DNA of 64,000 bases from Burkholderiales bacterium (GTDB taxonomy: Bacteria > Pseudomonadota > Gammaproteobacteria > Burkholderiales > SHXO01). The notes below the pieces were generated by a model. It had not been told where the DNA came from. It saw nothing but the letters and a program-made list of their open reading frames with translations, and made no database searches. The DNA lies in NCBI GenBank assembly GCA_035499005.1, contig DATJZQ010000075.1, positions 6,760 through 70,759 on the forward strand. Direction: 5' to 3'. A program made the translations under genes and the position numbers. Shown in pieces: positions 16,226 through 29,336 of the stretch. Numbering within the stretch: position 1 is the stretch's first letter; every line of letters starts with the position of its first letter.

Positions 16226-16269
16226 GGATCAACCGCGGAGACTTCGATCCGATGGGGAGAGCTTGACCG

Positions 16270-16809
16270 ATGGCGCGTCTGCAGGAGCAGTACAAGAACG
16301 AGGTGGTGAAGGACCTCATGAAGAGGTTCGGCTACAAGTCTGTGATGCAAGTGCCGCGCATCCAGAAGATCGTGCTCAACATGGGTGTGGGGGAGGCGGT
16401 CGGCGACAAGAAGATCATGGACAACGCGGTGGCCGATCTGACCAAGATCGCAGGGCAAAAGCCGATCGTCAGGCTGGCTCGTACCTCGATCGCGACCTTC
16501 AAGATCCGCAAAGGTTATCCAGTGGGATGCATGGTGACCCTGCGCGGCGCCCGCATGTACGAATTCCTCGACCGCCTCGTCTCCATCGCGATCCCGCGCA
16601 TCCGGGACTTTCGCGGGATCTCGGGCCGCTCGTTCGACGGGCGCGGCAATTTCAGCCTCGGGGTGAAGGAACAGATCATCTTTCCCGAGATCGAGTACGA
16701 CAAGATCGATGCGGTGCGGGGGCTCAACATCAGCATCGCCACCACCGCGAAAACCGACGAGGAGGCGAAGGCGTTGCTGTCGGCCTTTCATTTCCCGTTC
16801 CGAAACTGA
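16270..16809 (+). CDS. rplE: 50S ribosomal protein L5
   Basis: 179 aa. [13 protein letters not shown]...[15 protein letters not shown]...[18 protein letters not shown] matches L5. Confidence 0.97.
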   Translation: MARLQEQYKNEVVKDLMKRFGYKSVMQVPRIQKIVLNMGVGEAVGDKKIMDNAVADLTKIAGQKPIVRLARTSIATFKIRKGYPVGCMVTLRGARMYEFLDRLVSIAIPRIRDFRGISGRSFDGRGNFSLGVKEQIIFPEIEYDKIDAVRGLNISIATTAKTDEEAKALLSAFHFPFRN

Positions 16810-16818
16810 GGGATCCGC

Positions 16819-17124
16819 ATGGCTAAGTTGGCACTGGTCAATCGCGAGCGCAAACGGCGCACCATGGTGAAAAAATTCGCCAGCAAGCGCGCGGAGTTGA
16901 TCTCGCTTACGCAGAACCCGAAGCTGTCCGACGAGGATCGCTATGCCGCTCGCCTGCGCCTGCAGCAGCTGCCGCGCAACGCGAGTCCGGTCCGGCTGCG
17001 CAACCGCTGCACCCTCACCGGCCGCCCGCGCGGCGTGTTCCGCAAGTTCGGGCTGGCGCGCAACAAGCTGCGCGACATCGCGCTGCGCGGCGAGATTCCG
17101 GGCGTCATCAAGGCCAGCTGGTAG
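16819..17124 (+). CDS. rpsN: 30S ribosomal protein S14
   Basis: 101 aa. [36 protein letters not shown]...PGVIKASW matches S14. Confidence 0.97.
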   Translation: MAKLALVNRERKRRTMVKKFASKRAELISLTQNPKLSDEDRYAARLRLQQLPRNASPVRLRNRCTLTGRPRGVFRKFGLARNKLRDIALRGEIPGVIKASW

Positions 17125-17137
17125 CCGGAGGGAATGC

Positions 17138-17533
17138 ATGAGCATGAGTGATCCAGTTGCAGACATGCTGACGCGCATACGCAATGCGCAGGCGTCCGAG
17201 AAGACGTCGGTGGCGATGCCATCCAGCAAGCTCAAGATCGCGATTGCCGGTGTCTTGAAGGACGAGGGCTACATCGAGGACTTCAAGGTCACCCAGGACG
17301 GCAGCAAGACCCTGCTCGAGATCGGTCTGCGCTACTACGCCGGGCGTCCGGTCATCGAGAGGATCGAGCGGGTGAGCCGCCCGGGGCTGCGAATCTACCG
17401 CGCCAGCAGGGACATCGACCCGGTCATGAACGGGCTGGGGATTGCCATCGTGTCCACCTCGCGCGGCGTGATGACGGACCGCAAGGCGCGGGCCAGCGGC
17501 GTCGGAGGAGAAGTGCTGTGTATCGTGGCGTGA
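17138..17533 (+). CDS. rpsH: 30S ribosomal protein S8
   Basis: The canonical N-terminus [17 protein letters not shown] begins at ATG 17138, inside track ORF 16943-17533. The product is 131 aa. Confidence 0.96.
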   Translation: MSMSDPVADMLTRIRNAQASEKTSVAMPSSKLKIAIAGVLKDEGYIEDFKVTQDGSKTLLEIGLRYYAGRPVIERIERVSRPGLRIYRASRDIDPVMNGLGIAIVSTSRGVMTDRKARASGVGGEVLCIVA

Positions 17534-17587
17534 CCGGAGGGTGTGCGTTGCGCGACAGGTGTGCGGCCAGAGGCTAGGACGACCAGC

Positions 17588-18121
17588 ATGTCGAGAATTG
17601 GGAAACTACCGGTCACCCTGCCGAGCGGCGTAGAGCTGACGGTTGGAGCCGAAGAGTTGACGGTCAAGGGACCGCTGGGCACTTTGAAGCAGCGGTTGAG
17701 CCCCAACGTTACGGTCAAGCGCGAGGCAGCCAAGGTCGTGTTCGAAGCGGTGGGCGAATCGAGCGAGGCCGACGCGATGAGCGGGACCCTGCGCGCCTTG
17801 CTGGCAAACATGGTCCTGGGCGTGACTAAAGGTTTCGAGCGCAAGCTCACGCTGGTGGGCGTGGGCTATCGCGCGCAGGCGCAAGGCGACAAGCTCAACC
17901 TGACGCTCGGATTCTCGCATCCCGTCGCGCACCGCATGCCTAAGGGCGTCAAGGTCGAGACGCCGACGCAGACCGAGATCTTGGTGAAGGGCATCGACAA
18001 GCAGCAGGTCGGACAGGTGGCGGCCGAGATCCGCGCCTATCGCCCCCCCGAGCCGTACAAGGGGAAAGGCGTGCGCTACGCCGACGAGGTAGTGATTATC
18101 AAGGAAACTAAAAAGAAGTAA
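17588..18121 (+). CDS. rplF: 50S ribosomal protein L6
   Basis: [17 protein letters not shown] begins at ATG 17588, inside track ORF 17543-18121. The product is 177 aa and carries the [11 protein letters not shown] motif. Confidence 0.96.
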   Translation: MSRIGKLPVTLPSGVELTVGAEELTVKGPLGTLKQRLSPNVTVKREAAKVVFEAVGESSEADAMSGTLRALLANMVLGVTKGFERKLTLVGVGYRAQAQGDKLNLTLGFSHPVAHRMPKGVKVETPTQTEILVKGIDKQQVGQVAAEIRAYRPPEPYKGKGVRYADEVVIIKETKKK

Positions 18122-18153
18122 GAGGACGTTGGCTCAAGGCTGCGAGTGAACAG

Positions 18154-18510
18154 ATGATCGACAAGAAGCAATCCAGATTGCGCCGGGCGCGGCAGACCCG
18201 GATCAGGATCGCGCAACAGGGAGCGGTGCGGTTGAGCGTGCATCGCTCTAATCTGCACATCTACGCGCAATTGTTCGACGCCTCGGGCGCGAAGGTGATC
18301 ACGAGCGCTTCCACTGTGGAGAAAGAGCTCCGCGCACAGCTTGGCAACGGAGGCAGCGTGAAGGCGGCGGCCCTGGTCGGGCAGCGCATTGCCCAGAGAG
18401 CGCGCGAGAAAGGCATCGATAAGGTTGCTTTCGACCGCGCCGGTTATAAGTATCACGGCCGCGTCAAAGCACTGGCCGAGGCAGCGCGAGCTGGCGGCCT
18501 CAAGTTCTGA
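18154..18510 (+). CDS. rplR: 50S ribosomal protein L18
   Basis: 118 aa. [14 protein letters not shown]...[26 protein letters not shown]-like C-terminus matches L18. Confidence 0.96.
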   Translation: MIDKKQSRLRRARQTRIRIAQQGAVRLSVHRSNLHIYAQLFDASGAKVITSASTVEKELRAQLGNGGSVKAAALVGQRIAQRAREKGIDKVAFDRAGYKYHGRVKALAEAARAGGLKF

Positions 18511-18518
18511 GGATTGTC

Positions 18519-19046
18519 ATGGCGAGAGCAGCGCAAAGCAGAGTAGGACCAAGCGAGGAGCGCAGCGATGGCCTGCGCGAGAAGATGATCTCAGTGAACC
18601 GCGTCACCAAGGTGGTGAAGGGCGGACGCATCCTGGGGTTCGCTGCGCTCACCGTGGTGGGCGATGGCGACGGCGGCATTGGCATGGGCAAAGGCAAGGC
18701 ACGCGAGGTGCCAGTGGCTGTACAGAAAGCGATGGAGGAGGCGCGCCGCAGGATGGTCAAGGTGAGCCTCAAGGAGGGCACGCTGCATCACGCGGTGATC
18801 GGCCGGCATGGTGCCGCCAAGGTGCTGATTCAGCCTGCCTCCGATGGGACCGGCATCATCGCGGGAGGTCCCATGCGGGCGGTGTTCGAGGTGATGGGCG
18901 TCCAGAATGTGCTGGCCAAGTGCTTCGGGTCGACCAATCCCTATAACGTTGTACGCGCCACGCTGGACGCGCTTACTTCCATGACGGCACCGTCCGAGAT
19001 TGCCGCCAAGCGCGGCAAGAGCGTCGAACAGGTTACGGGGCGGTGA
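18519..19046 (+). CDS. rpsE: 30S ribosomal protein S5
   Basis: 175 aa. [46 protein letters not shown] matches S5. Confidence 0.97.
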   Translation: MARAAQSRVGPSEERSDGLREKMISVNRVTKVVKGGRILGFAALTVVGDGDGGIGMGKGKAREVPVAVQKAMEEARRRMVKVSLKEGTLHHAVIGRHGAAKVLIQPASDGTGIIAGGPMRAVFEVMGVQNVLAKCFGSTNPYNVVRATLDALTSMTAPSEIAAKRGKSVEQVTGR

Positions 19047-19047
19047 G

Positions 19048-19251
19048 ATGGCTAAGCAGGCGAACGGCAGGGGCGGCAAGACCATCAAGGTGACGCTGGT
19101 GCGCAGCCCGATAAACACGCGTGAGAGCCACCGTGCGACCCTGCGCGGCCTCGGGTTGCGGCGGATCAACCACACCGTCGAGGTGGAGGACACCGCGGCG
19201 GTGCGCGGCATGATCAACAAGGTCGGCTACATGCTCAAGCTCGAGGAATAG
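19048..19251 (+). CDS. rpmD: 50S ribosomal protein L30
   Basis: ATG 19048 lies inside track ORF 19000-19251. [39 protein letters not shown] is L30-like. Confidence 0.93.
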   Translation: MAKQANGRGGKTIKVTLVRSPINTRESHRATLRGLGLRRINHTVEVEDTAAVRGMINKVGYMLKLEE

Positions 19252-19956
19252 ATGCGGCTCAACGCAATCAAACCAGCTCGCGGGGCGACGCACCCGCGCA
19301 AGCGCGTTGGCCGCGGCATCGGCAGCGGCCACGGCAAGACCGCGGGCCTGGGGCACAAGGGACAGAAAGCGCGCTCGGGTGGATATCACAAAGTGGGCTT
19401 CGAGGGCGGGCAGATGCCGCTGCAACGGCGTCTGCCCAAGCGCGGCTTTGTGTCGCTGCACGACGGTTGGACGGCCGAGGTGCGTCTGTCTCAGCTCAAT
19501 AGCATCGACGCGGCGACAGTGGATCTGGCGAGCCTCCAGCAGGCTGGCATCGTCCCGCGGACGGCCCACCGCGCCAAGGTGATACTGGCTGGCACGATCG
19601 AACGCGCGGTCAAGCTCGAAGGGCTGCTCGCGACCAAGGGTGCGCGCGCGGCGATCGAAGCCGCGGGCGGCAGCGTCAGCGCTCCTGCGCCGGACGCTGA
19701 TACCAGCAGGAAGGCGAACAGGGCGAAGCTGGCAGCCGAGAAGACCAAGGCTGTGGCGGCGAGGATCGAAGCGGCTGCCAAAGCCGAGCCTGCGGCGAAG
19801 GGCGTTGCTGCCGGTGTCAAGAAGGCCAAGGGCGAGGACAAGCCGCGGGCGCCGAGCGCGGGAGCGGACGAGGGCGCGGCGAAGGCCGAAGGCGCGAAGG
19901 GCGCCGCCAAGGCCAAGGGCGCCGCCAAGGAAAACCCGAAAGACAAAGGCAAATAA
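19252..19956 (+). CDS. rplO: 50S ribosomal protein L15 with an unusual ~92-aa Ala/Lys/Glu-rich C-terminal extension
   Basis: The first ~142 aa are canonical L15 ([26 protein letters not shown]...[13 protein letters not shown]). The frame then continues for 92 low-complexity residues to a stop 3 nt before secY. Confidence 0.93.
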   Translation: MRLNAIKPARGATHPRKRVGRGIGSGHGKTAGLGHKGQKARSGGYHKVGFEGGQMPLQRRLPKRGFVSLHDGWTAEVRLSQLNSIDAATVDLASLQQAGIVPRTAHRAKVILAGTIERAVKLEGLLATKGARAAIEAAGGSVSAPAPDADTSRKANRAKLAAEKTKAVAARIEAAAKAEPAAKGVAAGVKKAKGEDKPRAPSAGADEGAAKAEGAKGAAKAKGAAKENPKDKGK

Positions 19957-19959
19957 GCT

Positions 19960-21282
19960 TTGGCCAATGACGGATTGCTAGGCGGGGCGGGACGCTTCTC
20001 GGATCTGAAGCGCAGGCTGTTGTTCCTGCTCGGCGCGCTGATCGTGTTTCGCATCGGCGCGCACATTCCCGTGCCCGGCATCGACCCTGCGCGGCTGGCG
20101 GAGCTGTTTCGCGCTCAGCGGGGCGGAATCCTGGACATGTTCAACATGTTCTCCGGGGGCGCCCTGTCGCGCTTCACCATCTTCGCCCTGGGGATCATGC
20201 CGTACATCTCGGCCTCGATCATCATGCAGCTGATGTCCGTGGTGTCCCCCACGCTCGAGGCGCTGAAGAAGGAAGGCGAGGCGGGGAGACGCAAGATCAC
20301 CCAGTACACGCGCTACGGCACGCTGGCCCTGGCCACGGTGCAGGCGCTGGGCATCGCCATCGCGCTGGAGGGACAGAGGGGTTTGGTCGTCGACCCGGGG
20401 CTCGTGTTCCGGTTTACAACCGTCGTCACGCTGGTTACAGGGACGATGTTCCTGATGTGGCTCGGCGAGCAGATCACGGAGCGTGGGATCGGCAACGGCA
20501 TCTCTTTGATCATTTTCGCCGGGATTGCAGCAGGTTTGCCGCGTGCCATCGGGGGCACGCTCGAGCTGGTGCGCACTGGCGCATTTTCGATTCCACTGGT
20601 GTTGCTGTTGTTTGCCGGCGCCGTACTGGTGACGGCGGTGGTTGTATTCGTCGAGAGCGGTCAGCGGCGTATTCCGGTGCACTACGCCAAACGTCAGGTT
20701 GGACGGAAGGTCTACGGCGGGCAAAGCTCGTTCCTGCCGCTCAAGCTCAACATGTCGGGGGTGATCCCGCCGATCTTCGCGTCCAGCTTGATTCTGTTCC
20801 CGGCCACGCTGGCCGGGTGGTTCGGCACGAGCGAACGGGCGTACTGGCTGCGCGACATCGCTGCCGAGCTGCACCCGGGGCAGCTGCTGTACGTCGTGCT
20901 GTACGCCTCGGCGATCGTGTTCTTCTGCTACTTCTACACCGCGCTCGTGTTCAACCCGAAGGAGACGGCCGACAACTTGAAGAAATCCGGCGCCTTCGTG
21001 CCCGGCATCCGGCCCGGGGAGCAGACCGCCAAATACGTGGAACGGATCATCCTGCGGCTGACACTGACCGGAGCAGTGTACGTGACGCTGGTCTGCCTGC
21101 TGCCGGAGTTCCTGATCGTGAAATGGAACGTGCCGTTCTACTTCGGCGGCACGTCGCTCATGATCATCGTGGTGGTGACCATGGATTTCATGGCTCAGGT
21201 CAAAGCATACGTGATGTCGCATCAGTACGAGAGCCTGCTCAAGAAAGCGAATTTCAAGGGCGGCGTGTTTCCGACGAGGTGA
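19960..21282 (+). CDS. secY: Preprotein translocase subunit SecY
   Basis: 440 aa, polytopic. [18 protein letters not shown] and [23 protein letters not shown] are SecY signature segments. Confidence 0.97.
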   Translation: MANDGLLGGAGRFSDLKRRLLFLLGALIVFRIGAHIPVPGIDPARLAELFRAQRGGILDMFNMFSGGALSRFTIFALGIMPYISASIIMQLMSVVSPTLEALKKEGEAGRRKITQYTRYGTLALATVQALGIAIALEGQRGLVVDPGLVFRFTTVVTLVTGTMFLMWLGEQITERGIGNGISLIIFAGIAAGLPRAIGGTLELVRTGAFSIPLVLLLFAGAVLVTAVVVFVESGQRRIPVHYAKRQVGRKVYGGQSSFLPLKLNMSGVIPPIFASSLILFPATLAGWFGTSERAYWLRDIAAELHPGQLLYVVLYASAIVFFCYFYTALVFNPKETADNLKKSGAFVPGIRPGEQTAKYVERIILRLTLTGAVYVTLVCLLPEFLIVKWNVPFYFGGTSLMIIVVVTMDFMAQVKAYVMSHQYESLLKKANFKGGVFPTR

Positions 21283-21294
21283 GTGCAAGGGCGC

Positions 21295-21513
21295 ATGGCG
21301 AAGGAAGAGACGATACAGATGCAGGGGGAGATCCAGGAGACCCTGCCGAATGCGACCTTCCGAGTCAAACTGGAAAACGGCCACGTGGTGCTGGGACATA
21401 TCTCCGGCAAGATGCGCATGCACTACATCCGCATCCTGCCGGGAGACAAGGTGACCGTGGAGCTGACACCCTACGATCTCACGCGGGGGCGGATCATCTT
21501 CCGTGCCAAGTGA
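21295..21513 (+). CDS. infA: Translation initiation factor IF-1
   Basis: [70 protein letters not shown] gives 72 aa from ATG 21295. The track ORF starts 4 codons earlier at GTG 21283. Confidence 0.95.
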   Translation: MAKEETIQMQGEIQETLPNATFRVKLENGHVVLGHISGKMRMHYIRILPGDKVTVELTPYDLTRGRIIFRAK

Positions 21514-21530
21514 GGCAACCAGGAGTGGAT

Positions 21531-21644
21531 ATGAGAGTACAAGCATCAGTCAAGAAGCTGTGCCGCAACTGCAAGATCGTGCGCCGCAACCGTGTGGTGC
21601 GCGTGATCTGTTCCGAGCCGCGCCACAAGCAGCGCCAGGGCTAG
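21531..21644 (+). CDS. rpmJ: 50S ribosomal protein L36
   Basis: [37 protein letters not shown] (37 aa) forms the last 37 codons of the spurious 395-aa track ORF 20457-21644. Confidence 0.95.
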   Translation: MRVQASVKKLCRNCKIVRRNRVVRVICSEPRHKQRQG

Positions 21645-21681
21645 GGCCGCCGCTTCTCCACAGTTCAGACAGAGGACCACC

Positions 21682-22062
21682 ATGGCTCGTATAGCGGGAG
21701 TCAATATTCCGAACCATCAGCACACCGAGATCGCTCTCACCGCGATCTATGGTGTCGGCCGCAGCACCGCGCGCAAGTTGTGCGCGGCTGCCGGCATAGC
21801 CGGGTCGGCCAAGATCAAGGATCTGTCGGACGGCGAAATGGACAAGCTGCGCGACCAGGTGTCCAAGCTCACCGTGGAAGGCGATCTGCGGCGCGAAGTG
21901 TCCATGAACATCAAACGGTTGATGGACCTCGGCTGCTATCGCGGGGTGCGCCATCGGCGCGGGCTGCCGGTTCGTGGCCAGCGCACGCGCACCAACGCCC
22001 GCACGCGCAAGGGACCGCGCAAGCAGGCGATCAAGGCCGGTGGTGGCACGCCGACCAAGTAA
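21682..22062 (+). CDS. rpsM: 30S ribosomal protein S13
   Basis: 126 aa. [26 protein letters not shown]...[16 protein letters not shown] matches S13. Confidence 0.97.
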   Translation: MARIAGVNIPNHQHTEIALTAIYGVGRSTARKLCAAAGIAGSAKIKDLSDGEMDKLRDQVSKLTVEGDLRREVSMNIKRLMDLGCYRGVRHRRGLPVRGQRTRTNARTRKGPRKQAIKAGGGTPTK

Positions 22063-22092
22063 CGTCAGGAGCCGCGCGAGGATCGAGCAGAC

Positions 22093-22482
22093 ATGGCGAA
22101 AGCAAGCACCCGGGTTCGCAAGAAGGTCAAGAAGAATGTGGCAGAAGGCATCGCTCACATTCATGCCTCTTTCAATAACACGATCGTGACCATCACCGAC
22201 CGCCAGGGCAACGCGCTCGCCTGGGCCACCTCGGGAAGCTCCGGATTCAAGGGCTCGCGCAAGAGCACGCCATTCGCCGCTCAGGTTGCTGCCGAGAAGG
22301 CTGGGCGGCAGGCCCAGGAATGCGGCGTAAAGAATCTGGAGGTGCGCATCAAGGGGCCGGGGCCGGGGCGCGAATCCGCGGTGCGCGCGCTCAACAACGT
22401 GGGTTTCAGGATCAGCAGCATCTCGGACGTGACGCCGGTGCCGCACAACGGCTGCCGCCCGCCCAAGAAGCGCCGGATTTAG
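22093..22482 (+). CDS. rpsK: 30S ribosomal protein S11
   Basis: 129 aa. [30 protein letters not shown]...[19 protein letters not shown]-like sequence matches S11. Confidence 0.97.
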   Translation: MAKASTRVRKKVKKNVAEGIAHIHASFNNTIVTITDRQGNALAWATSGSSGFKGSRKSTPFAAQVAAEKAGRQAQECGVKNLEVRIKGPGPGRESAVRALNNVGFRISSISDVTPVPHNGCRPPKKRRI

Positions 22483-22499
22483 GGAGGTTGCTCTAGAAC

Positions 22500-23126
22500 A
22501 TGGCGAGGAATCTCGACGCAAAGTGCCGCCAGTGCCGGCGGGAAGGCGAAAAGCTGTTTCTGAAGGGCGAGAAATGCTTTACGGACAAGTGCCCGATCGA
22601 GCGGCGCAGCTACCCGCCTGGCCAGCACGGGCAGAAACAGTCGCGGCTATCGGGCTATGCCACGCAGTTGAGGGAGAAGCAGAAGGTCCGGCGCATCTAT
22701 GGTGTGCTGGAGCGGCAGTTCCGCAAAGTCTACGCCGAGGCGGACCGGCGCAAAGGCATCACGGGTGAAAACCTACTGCAGCTCCTGGAGAGCCGGCTCG
22801 ACACCGTTGCGTACCGCATGGGTTTCGGCGCCTCGCGCACCGAAGCGCGTCAGATCGTGCGGCACAACGGCATTCTGGTGAACGGCAAGCGCGTCAACAT
22901 CCCGTCCTATCAGTTGCGCCGAGGCGATGTTGTCCAGGTGGCCGAGAAGGCCAGAGCGCAACTGCGCATCAAGGGGGCGGTCGAGGCCGCCGAGCAGCGC
23001 GGATTCCCCGAGTGGCTGGAGGTGGACAGCAAGGCCATGAAGGGCGTGTTCAAGGCCCTGCCCCAGCGCACCGAACTGCCGGCCACGATTAACGAATCGC
23101 TCGTGGTCGAGCTGTATTCGAAGTAG
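22500..23126 (+). CDS. rpsD: 30S ribosomal protein S4
   Basis: 208 aa. [23 protein letters not shown]...[14 protein letters not shown]...VVELYSK matches S4. Confidence 0.97.
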   Translation: MARNLDAKCRQCRREGEKLFLKGEKCFTDKCPIERRSYPPGQHGQKQSRLSGYATQLREKQKVRRIYGVLERQFRKVYAEADRRKGITGENLLQLLESRLDTVAYRMGFGASRTEARQIVRHNGILVNGKRVNIPSYQLRRGDVVQVAEKARAQLRIKGAVEAAEQRGFPEWLEVDSKAMKGVFKALPQRTELPATINESLVVELYSK

Positions 23127-23187
23127 CACGGCTGGGCGGCACCTACACCGCAGTCGGCAACGTTTTCGACCTTAGAGGCACAACGCT

Positions 23188-24171
23188 ATGCAGAGCAGCA
23201 CTCTTCTCAAACCGCGCATCACTCAGGTACAAAGCGTCGGGCCGTTCCACGTCAAGGTGACGATGGAACCGTTCGAGCGGGGCTATGGCCACACGCTTGG
23301 CAACGCACTGCGCCGCATCCTGCTGTCCTCGATGCCTGGTTTTGCGCCTACCGAGGTCAACATCAGCGGGGTGTTGCACGAGTATTCCACCATCGACGGC
23401 GTCCAGGAGGACGTCGTCGACCTGCTGCTCAACCTGAAGGGCATTGTGCTCAAGCTGCACAATCGCGACGAAGCCGTGCTCAACCTGCGCAAGCAGGGCG
23501 AGGCCGTCGTCACCGCCAGCGACATCGAATCGACGCACGACGTCGAGATCATCAATCCGAATCACGTGATCGCTCACTTGGCGGTTGGCGGGAAGCTGGA
23601 CATGCAGATCAAGGTGGAACAGGGGCGCGGCTACATCCCGGCGACCGCGCGTGCGGGGGCCAAGGAGGCGCGCGCCATCGGCAGCATCCTGCTGGACGCC
23701 TCCTTCAGCCCGGTGAGGCGGGTGAGTTACGCGGTCGAGTCGGCGCGGGTGGAGCAGCGCACCGATCTCGACAAGCTGATCATGGACGTGGAAACTAACG
23801 GCGTGATCGAGCCGGAGGAAGCAATCCGTTCTTCGGCCCGCGTGCTGATCGACCAGCTGACGACCTTCGCGGACATCAAAGAAACACCGGCCGCGATCGA
23901 GCAGCCGAAGACGCCTCAGGTGGATCCCATCCTGCTGCGTCCGGTCGACGACCTCGAGCTTACGGTACGCTCAGCCAACTGCCTAAAGGCGGAGAACATC
24001 TACTACATTGGCGATCTGATCCAGCGCACCGAGACCGAGCTTTTGAAGACTCCCAACCTCGGACGCAAATCGCTGAACGAGATCAAGGAAGTGCTCGCCT
24101 CTCGCGGGCTCACGCTGGGGATGAAGCTCGAGAACTGGCCGCCGATTGGCCTCGAGAAAGATCGCGTTTAG
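23188..24171 (+). CDS. rpoA: DNA-directed RNA polymerase subunit alpha
   Basis: 327 aa. [24 protein letters not shown], plus the C-terminal-domain segment [46 protein letters not shown]. Confidence 0.98.
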   Translation: MQSSTLLKPRITQVQSVGPFHVKVTMEPFERGYGHTLGNALRRILLSSMPGFAPTEVNISGVLHEYSTIDGVQEDVVDLLLNLKGIVLKLHNRDEAVLNLRKQGEAVVTASDIESTHDVEIINPNHVIAHLAVGGKLDMQIKVEQGRGYIPATARAGAKEARAIGSILLDASFSPVRRVSYAVESARVEQRTDLDKLIMDVETNGVIEPEEAIRSSARVLIDQLTTFADIKETPAAIEQPKTPQVDPILLRPVDDLELTVRSANCLKAENIYYIGDLIQRTETELLKTPNLGRKSLNEIKEVLASRGLTLGMKLENWPPIGLEKDRV

Positions 24172-24202
24172 CTCAAATACCCCGCGCTAACTGAGGTGCA
24201 AG

Positions 24203-24601
24203 ATGCGTCATCGCCTGGGACTCCGCAAGCTCAACCGCACCAGCAGCCATCGTCTGGCCATGCTGCGCAACATGACGAACTCTCTGCTGCGTCACGAGTC
24301 GATCACGACGACTCTGCCCAAGGCAAAGGAGCTGCGGCGCGTGGCTGAGCCCATCATCACGCTGGGCAAGAAGCCGAATCTGGCCAACCGCCGCCTCGCC
24401 TTCAACCGCCTGCGCGACCGGGAGATGGTGAGCAAGTTGTTCGCGGAGCTGGGCCCGCGGTTCGCGAGCCGCAACGGGGGTTATCTGCGGATTCTAAAGT
24501 ACGGCTTCCGCCGGGGAGACAATGCGCCCATGGCGTTGGTGGAGCTGCTTGATCGGCCGGCCGACACGCAGACAGGCACCGGTGCCAAAGACAGCAAGTA
24601 G
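24203..24601 (+). CDS. rplQ: 50S ribosomal protein L17
   Basis: 132 aa. [24 protein letters not shown]...GGYLRILK matches L17, the last gene of the alpha operon. Confidence 0.97.
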   Translation: MRHRLGLRKLNRTSSHRLAMLRNMTNSLLRHESITTTLPKAKELRRVAEPIITLGKKPNLANRRLAFNRLRDREMVSKLFAELGPRFASRNGGYLRILKYGFRRGDNAPMALVELLDRPADTQTGTGAKDSK

Positions 24602-24607
24602 CCGTGC

Positions 24608-27463
<2,856 letters not shown>

Positions 27464-27804
27464 CTGGATGATGTCCGGCCCAGCGATCGGGGCGAAGGGC
27501 AACCTTGTAATATACTGCAGCGAGCAGCCGTTTCCTACTGTGCTCGTTCTGCTCCACGCGGAACGCCGCCCGAGTTCTACAGCTGTCGGCCTTCCATGGC
27601 TGCGCGGACTGCGACAGGCGCCGCTTTGGGCAGGTCTGTTGCAGCGCTTTCGGCCAACGGCCCAAGCACTCGCGCCGCCTGTCGCGTAAGCTTGGCGGCT
27701 TAGTGCGAGGCTCCGCGCCGGAGAGCCCAATCGACATGAAGGCGCAGGACGCCCACTTCAAGCGTCGGAGCGTACTGAAAACGCATTGCAGGGGAGGCCC
27801 GACT

Positions 27805-28278
27805 ATGGCATCGGTCAATAAAGTGATCCTAATCGGCAACCTGGGGAGGGACCCCGAGGTCCGCTATCTGCCGAGCGGCGACGCGGTTGCGAACCTCAGC
27901 GTGGCCACCACCGAGAAATGGAAGGACAAGAACGGCGAGCAGCAGGAGCAGACCGAGTGGCATCGCGTCGCGTTTTTCGGCCGTCAGGCCGAGATCTGCG
28001 GCGAGTACCTGCGCAAGGGAAGCCAGGTCTACATCGAGGGGCGCTTGCAGACGCGCAAATGGACCGACAAGGACGGCAACGAGCGCTATACAACTGAGAT
28101 CCGCGGCGATCGCATGCAGATGCTCGGAGGGCGCGCCGGCGGCGCCGGCGCCGAGCCGCCCGCCCGCGACTCGGCTCGCGAGCCCGAGCCCTCCGTCGCC
28201 GCCCAGCCCCCCGCCAAGACCTCGGGAGGCAAGAAGCCGAGCAGTTTCGATGACATGGACGACGACATCCCGTTTTGA
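27805..28278 (+). CDS. ssb: Single-stranded DNA-binding protein
   Basis: [39 protein letters not shown]...TEWHRV, followed by a Gly/Pro-rich linker and the acidic tip [12 protein letters not shown] 27805 lies inside track ORF 27703-28278. Confidence 0.95.
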   Translation: MASVNKVILIGNLGRDPEVRYLPSGDAVANLSVATTEKWKDKNGEQQEQTEWHRVAFFGRQAEICGEYLRKGSQVYIEGRLQTRKWTDKDGNERYTTEIRGDRMQMLGGRAGGAGAEPPARDSAREPEPSVAAQPPAKTSGGKKPSSFDDMDDDIPF

Positions 28279-28317
28279 CGCGATGTCGCGCCGACGAGCC
28301 GTGCACGGGATGGTGCC

Positions 28318-29328
28318 GTGAGGGCGTACGAGCTGCAACCCAAATCCGGCCTGGATAGCGTAACGCGGACGGAATGCGCTGACCCGCGTCCGGGTCCGCG
28401 GCAGGTATTGATGCGCATGCGCGCCTGGTCACTCAACTTTCGCGACTTGTCAGTCGCCCGGGGCGCGTATGGCGCACCGCCGAGAGCGGGGTTGGTGCCT
28501 CTTTCGGACGGAGTGGGCGAGATCGTGGACGTCGGTTCGGGCGTGACCCGTGCAAGGCTCGGAGACCGAGTGGCCGGCATCTTCATGCAGGGCTTCCTGT
28601 CCGGAGGTCTAACGCCTCAGGCTTTGACCACGGCGCTCGGGGGAGCTATAGACGGCGTGCTGTCCGAGTACGTCGTGCTGAGCGAAGAGGGCGTGGTACA
28701 GGTACCAGCGCACCTCACGGACGAAGAGGGTGCGTCGCTGCCTTGCGCGGCAGTCACCGCCTGGAATGCGCTGGTGCGAGAAGCCCGGATCAAGGCAGGC
28801 GACACCGTGCTGCTGTTGGGCACCGGCGGGGTATCCTTGTTTGCCCTGCAGTTCGCCAAGTTGCAGGGGGCGCGCGTCATCCTTGCTTCGAGCAGCGACG
28901 ACAAGCTTGCCATTGCGCGTCGCCTCGGCGCCGATGAGACGATCAATTACAAAGCTCAGCCGGAATGGGATAAAGCGGTGGTTGACCTCACGGCGGGCCG
29001 GGGTGCCGACGTGGTGGTCGAAGTTGGCGGGGCCGGGACACTGGACCGGTCGATCGCCTCGGTGCGCGTGGGCGGCACGGTGTGCCTGATCGGCGTGCTG
29101 ACCGGCGTTGCCGGACCGGTGAATACGGCCGCGATTCTGCGCCGGCATGTCCGTGTGCAGGGCATCTACGTCGGTTCGCGCGAGATGTTTGAGGAGATGA
29201 ATCGCGCCATAGCGCAGCACCGTCTGCGTCCTTGCCTCGCGAGGAGCTTCGCCTTCGAGGAAGCGCGCGCTGCCTACGACTATCTGAGCAGCGCGGCCCA
29301 TACCGGCAAGGTCACGATACACGTGTGA
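28318..29328 (+). CDS. Zinc-type alcohol dehydrogenase / NADPH:quinone oxidoreductase-like protein (MDR superfamily)
   Basis: 336 aa. It has MDR architecture, with LNFRDL near the N-terminus and the Rossmann motif LLLGTGGVSLFALQFAKLQGARV. Confidence 0.8.
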   Translation: MRAYELQPKSGLDSVTRTECADPRPGPRQVLMRMRAWSLNFRDLSVARGAYGAPPRAGLVPLSDGVGEIVDVGSGVTRARLGDRVAGIFMQGFLSGGLTPQALTTALGGAIDGVLSEYVVLSEEGVVQVPAHLTDEEGASLPCAAVTAWNALVREARIKAGDTVLLLGTGGVSLFALQFAKLQGARVILASSSDDKLAIARRLGADETINYKAQPEWDKAVVDLTAGRGADVVVEVGGAGTLDRSIASVRVGGTVCLIGVLTGVAGPVNTAAILRRHVRVQGIYVGSREMFEEMNRAIAQHRLRPCLARSFAFEEARAAYDYLSSAAHTGKVTIHV

Positions 29329-29336
29329 GAAACCCA

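Noticed and set aside
20457-21644. 395-aa +-strand ORF spanning secY, infA and rpmJ.
   Set aside because: Only its last 37 codons (21531-21644) form a real gene, L36. The remainder is an out-of-frame read through secY and infA.
27464-27730. N-terminal 89 codons of the 1040-aa uvrA track ORF. Analogous upstream extensions occur at 29232, 15350, 16943, 17543, 19000, 14368, 27703, 33621, 52872, 54253, 59853 and 50884.
   Set aside because: The conserved N-termini of the respective families begin at internal Met codons with appropriate product lengths. The upstream parts are non-homologous and often overlap the preceding gene or intergenic promoters.
27464-27804. LexA (SOS) box between uvrA and ssb.
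   Set aside because: Every CTGT in the spacer was checked, and none is followed by ACAG after 8 nt. No GAAC-N7-GAAC alphaproteobacterial-type box is present either. No SOS box is therefore claimed.
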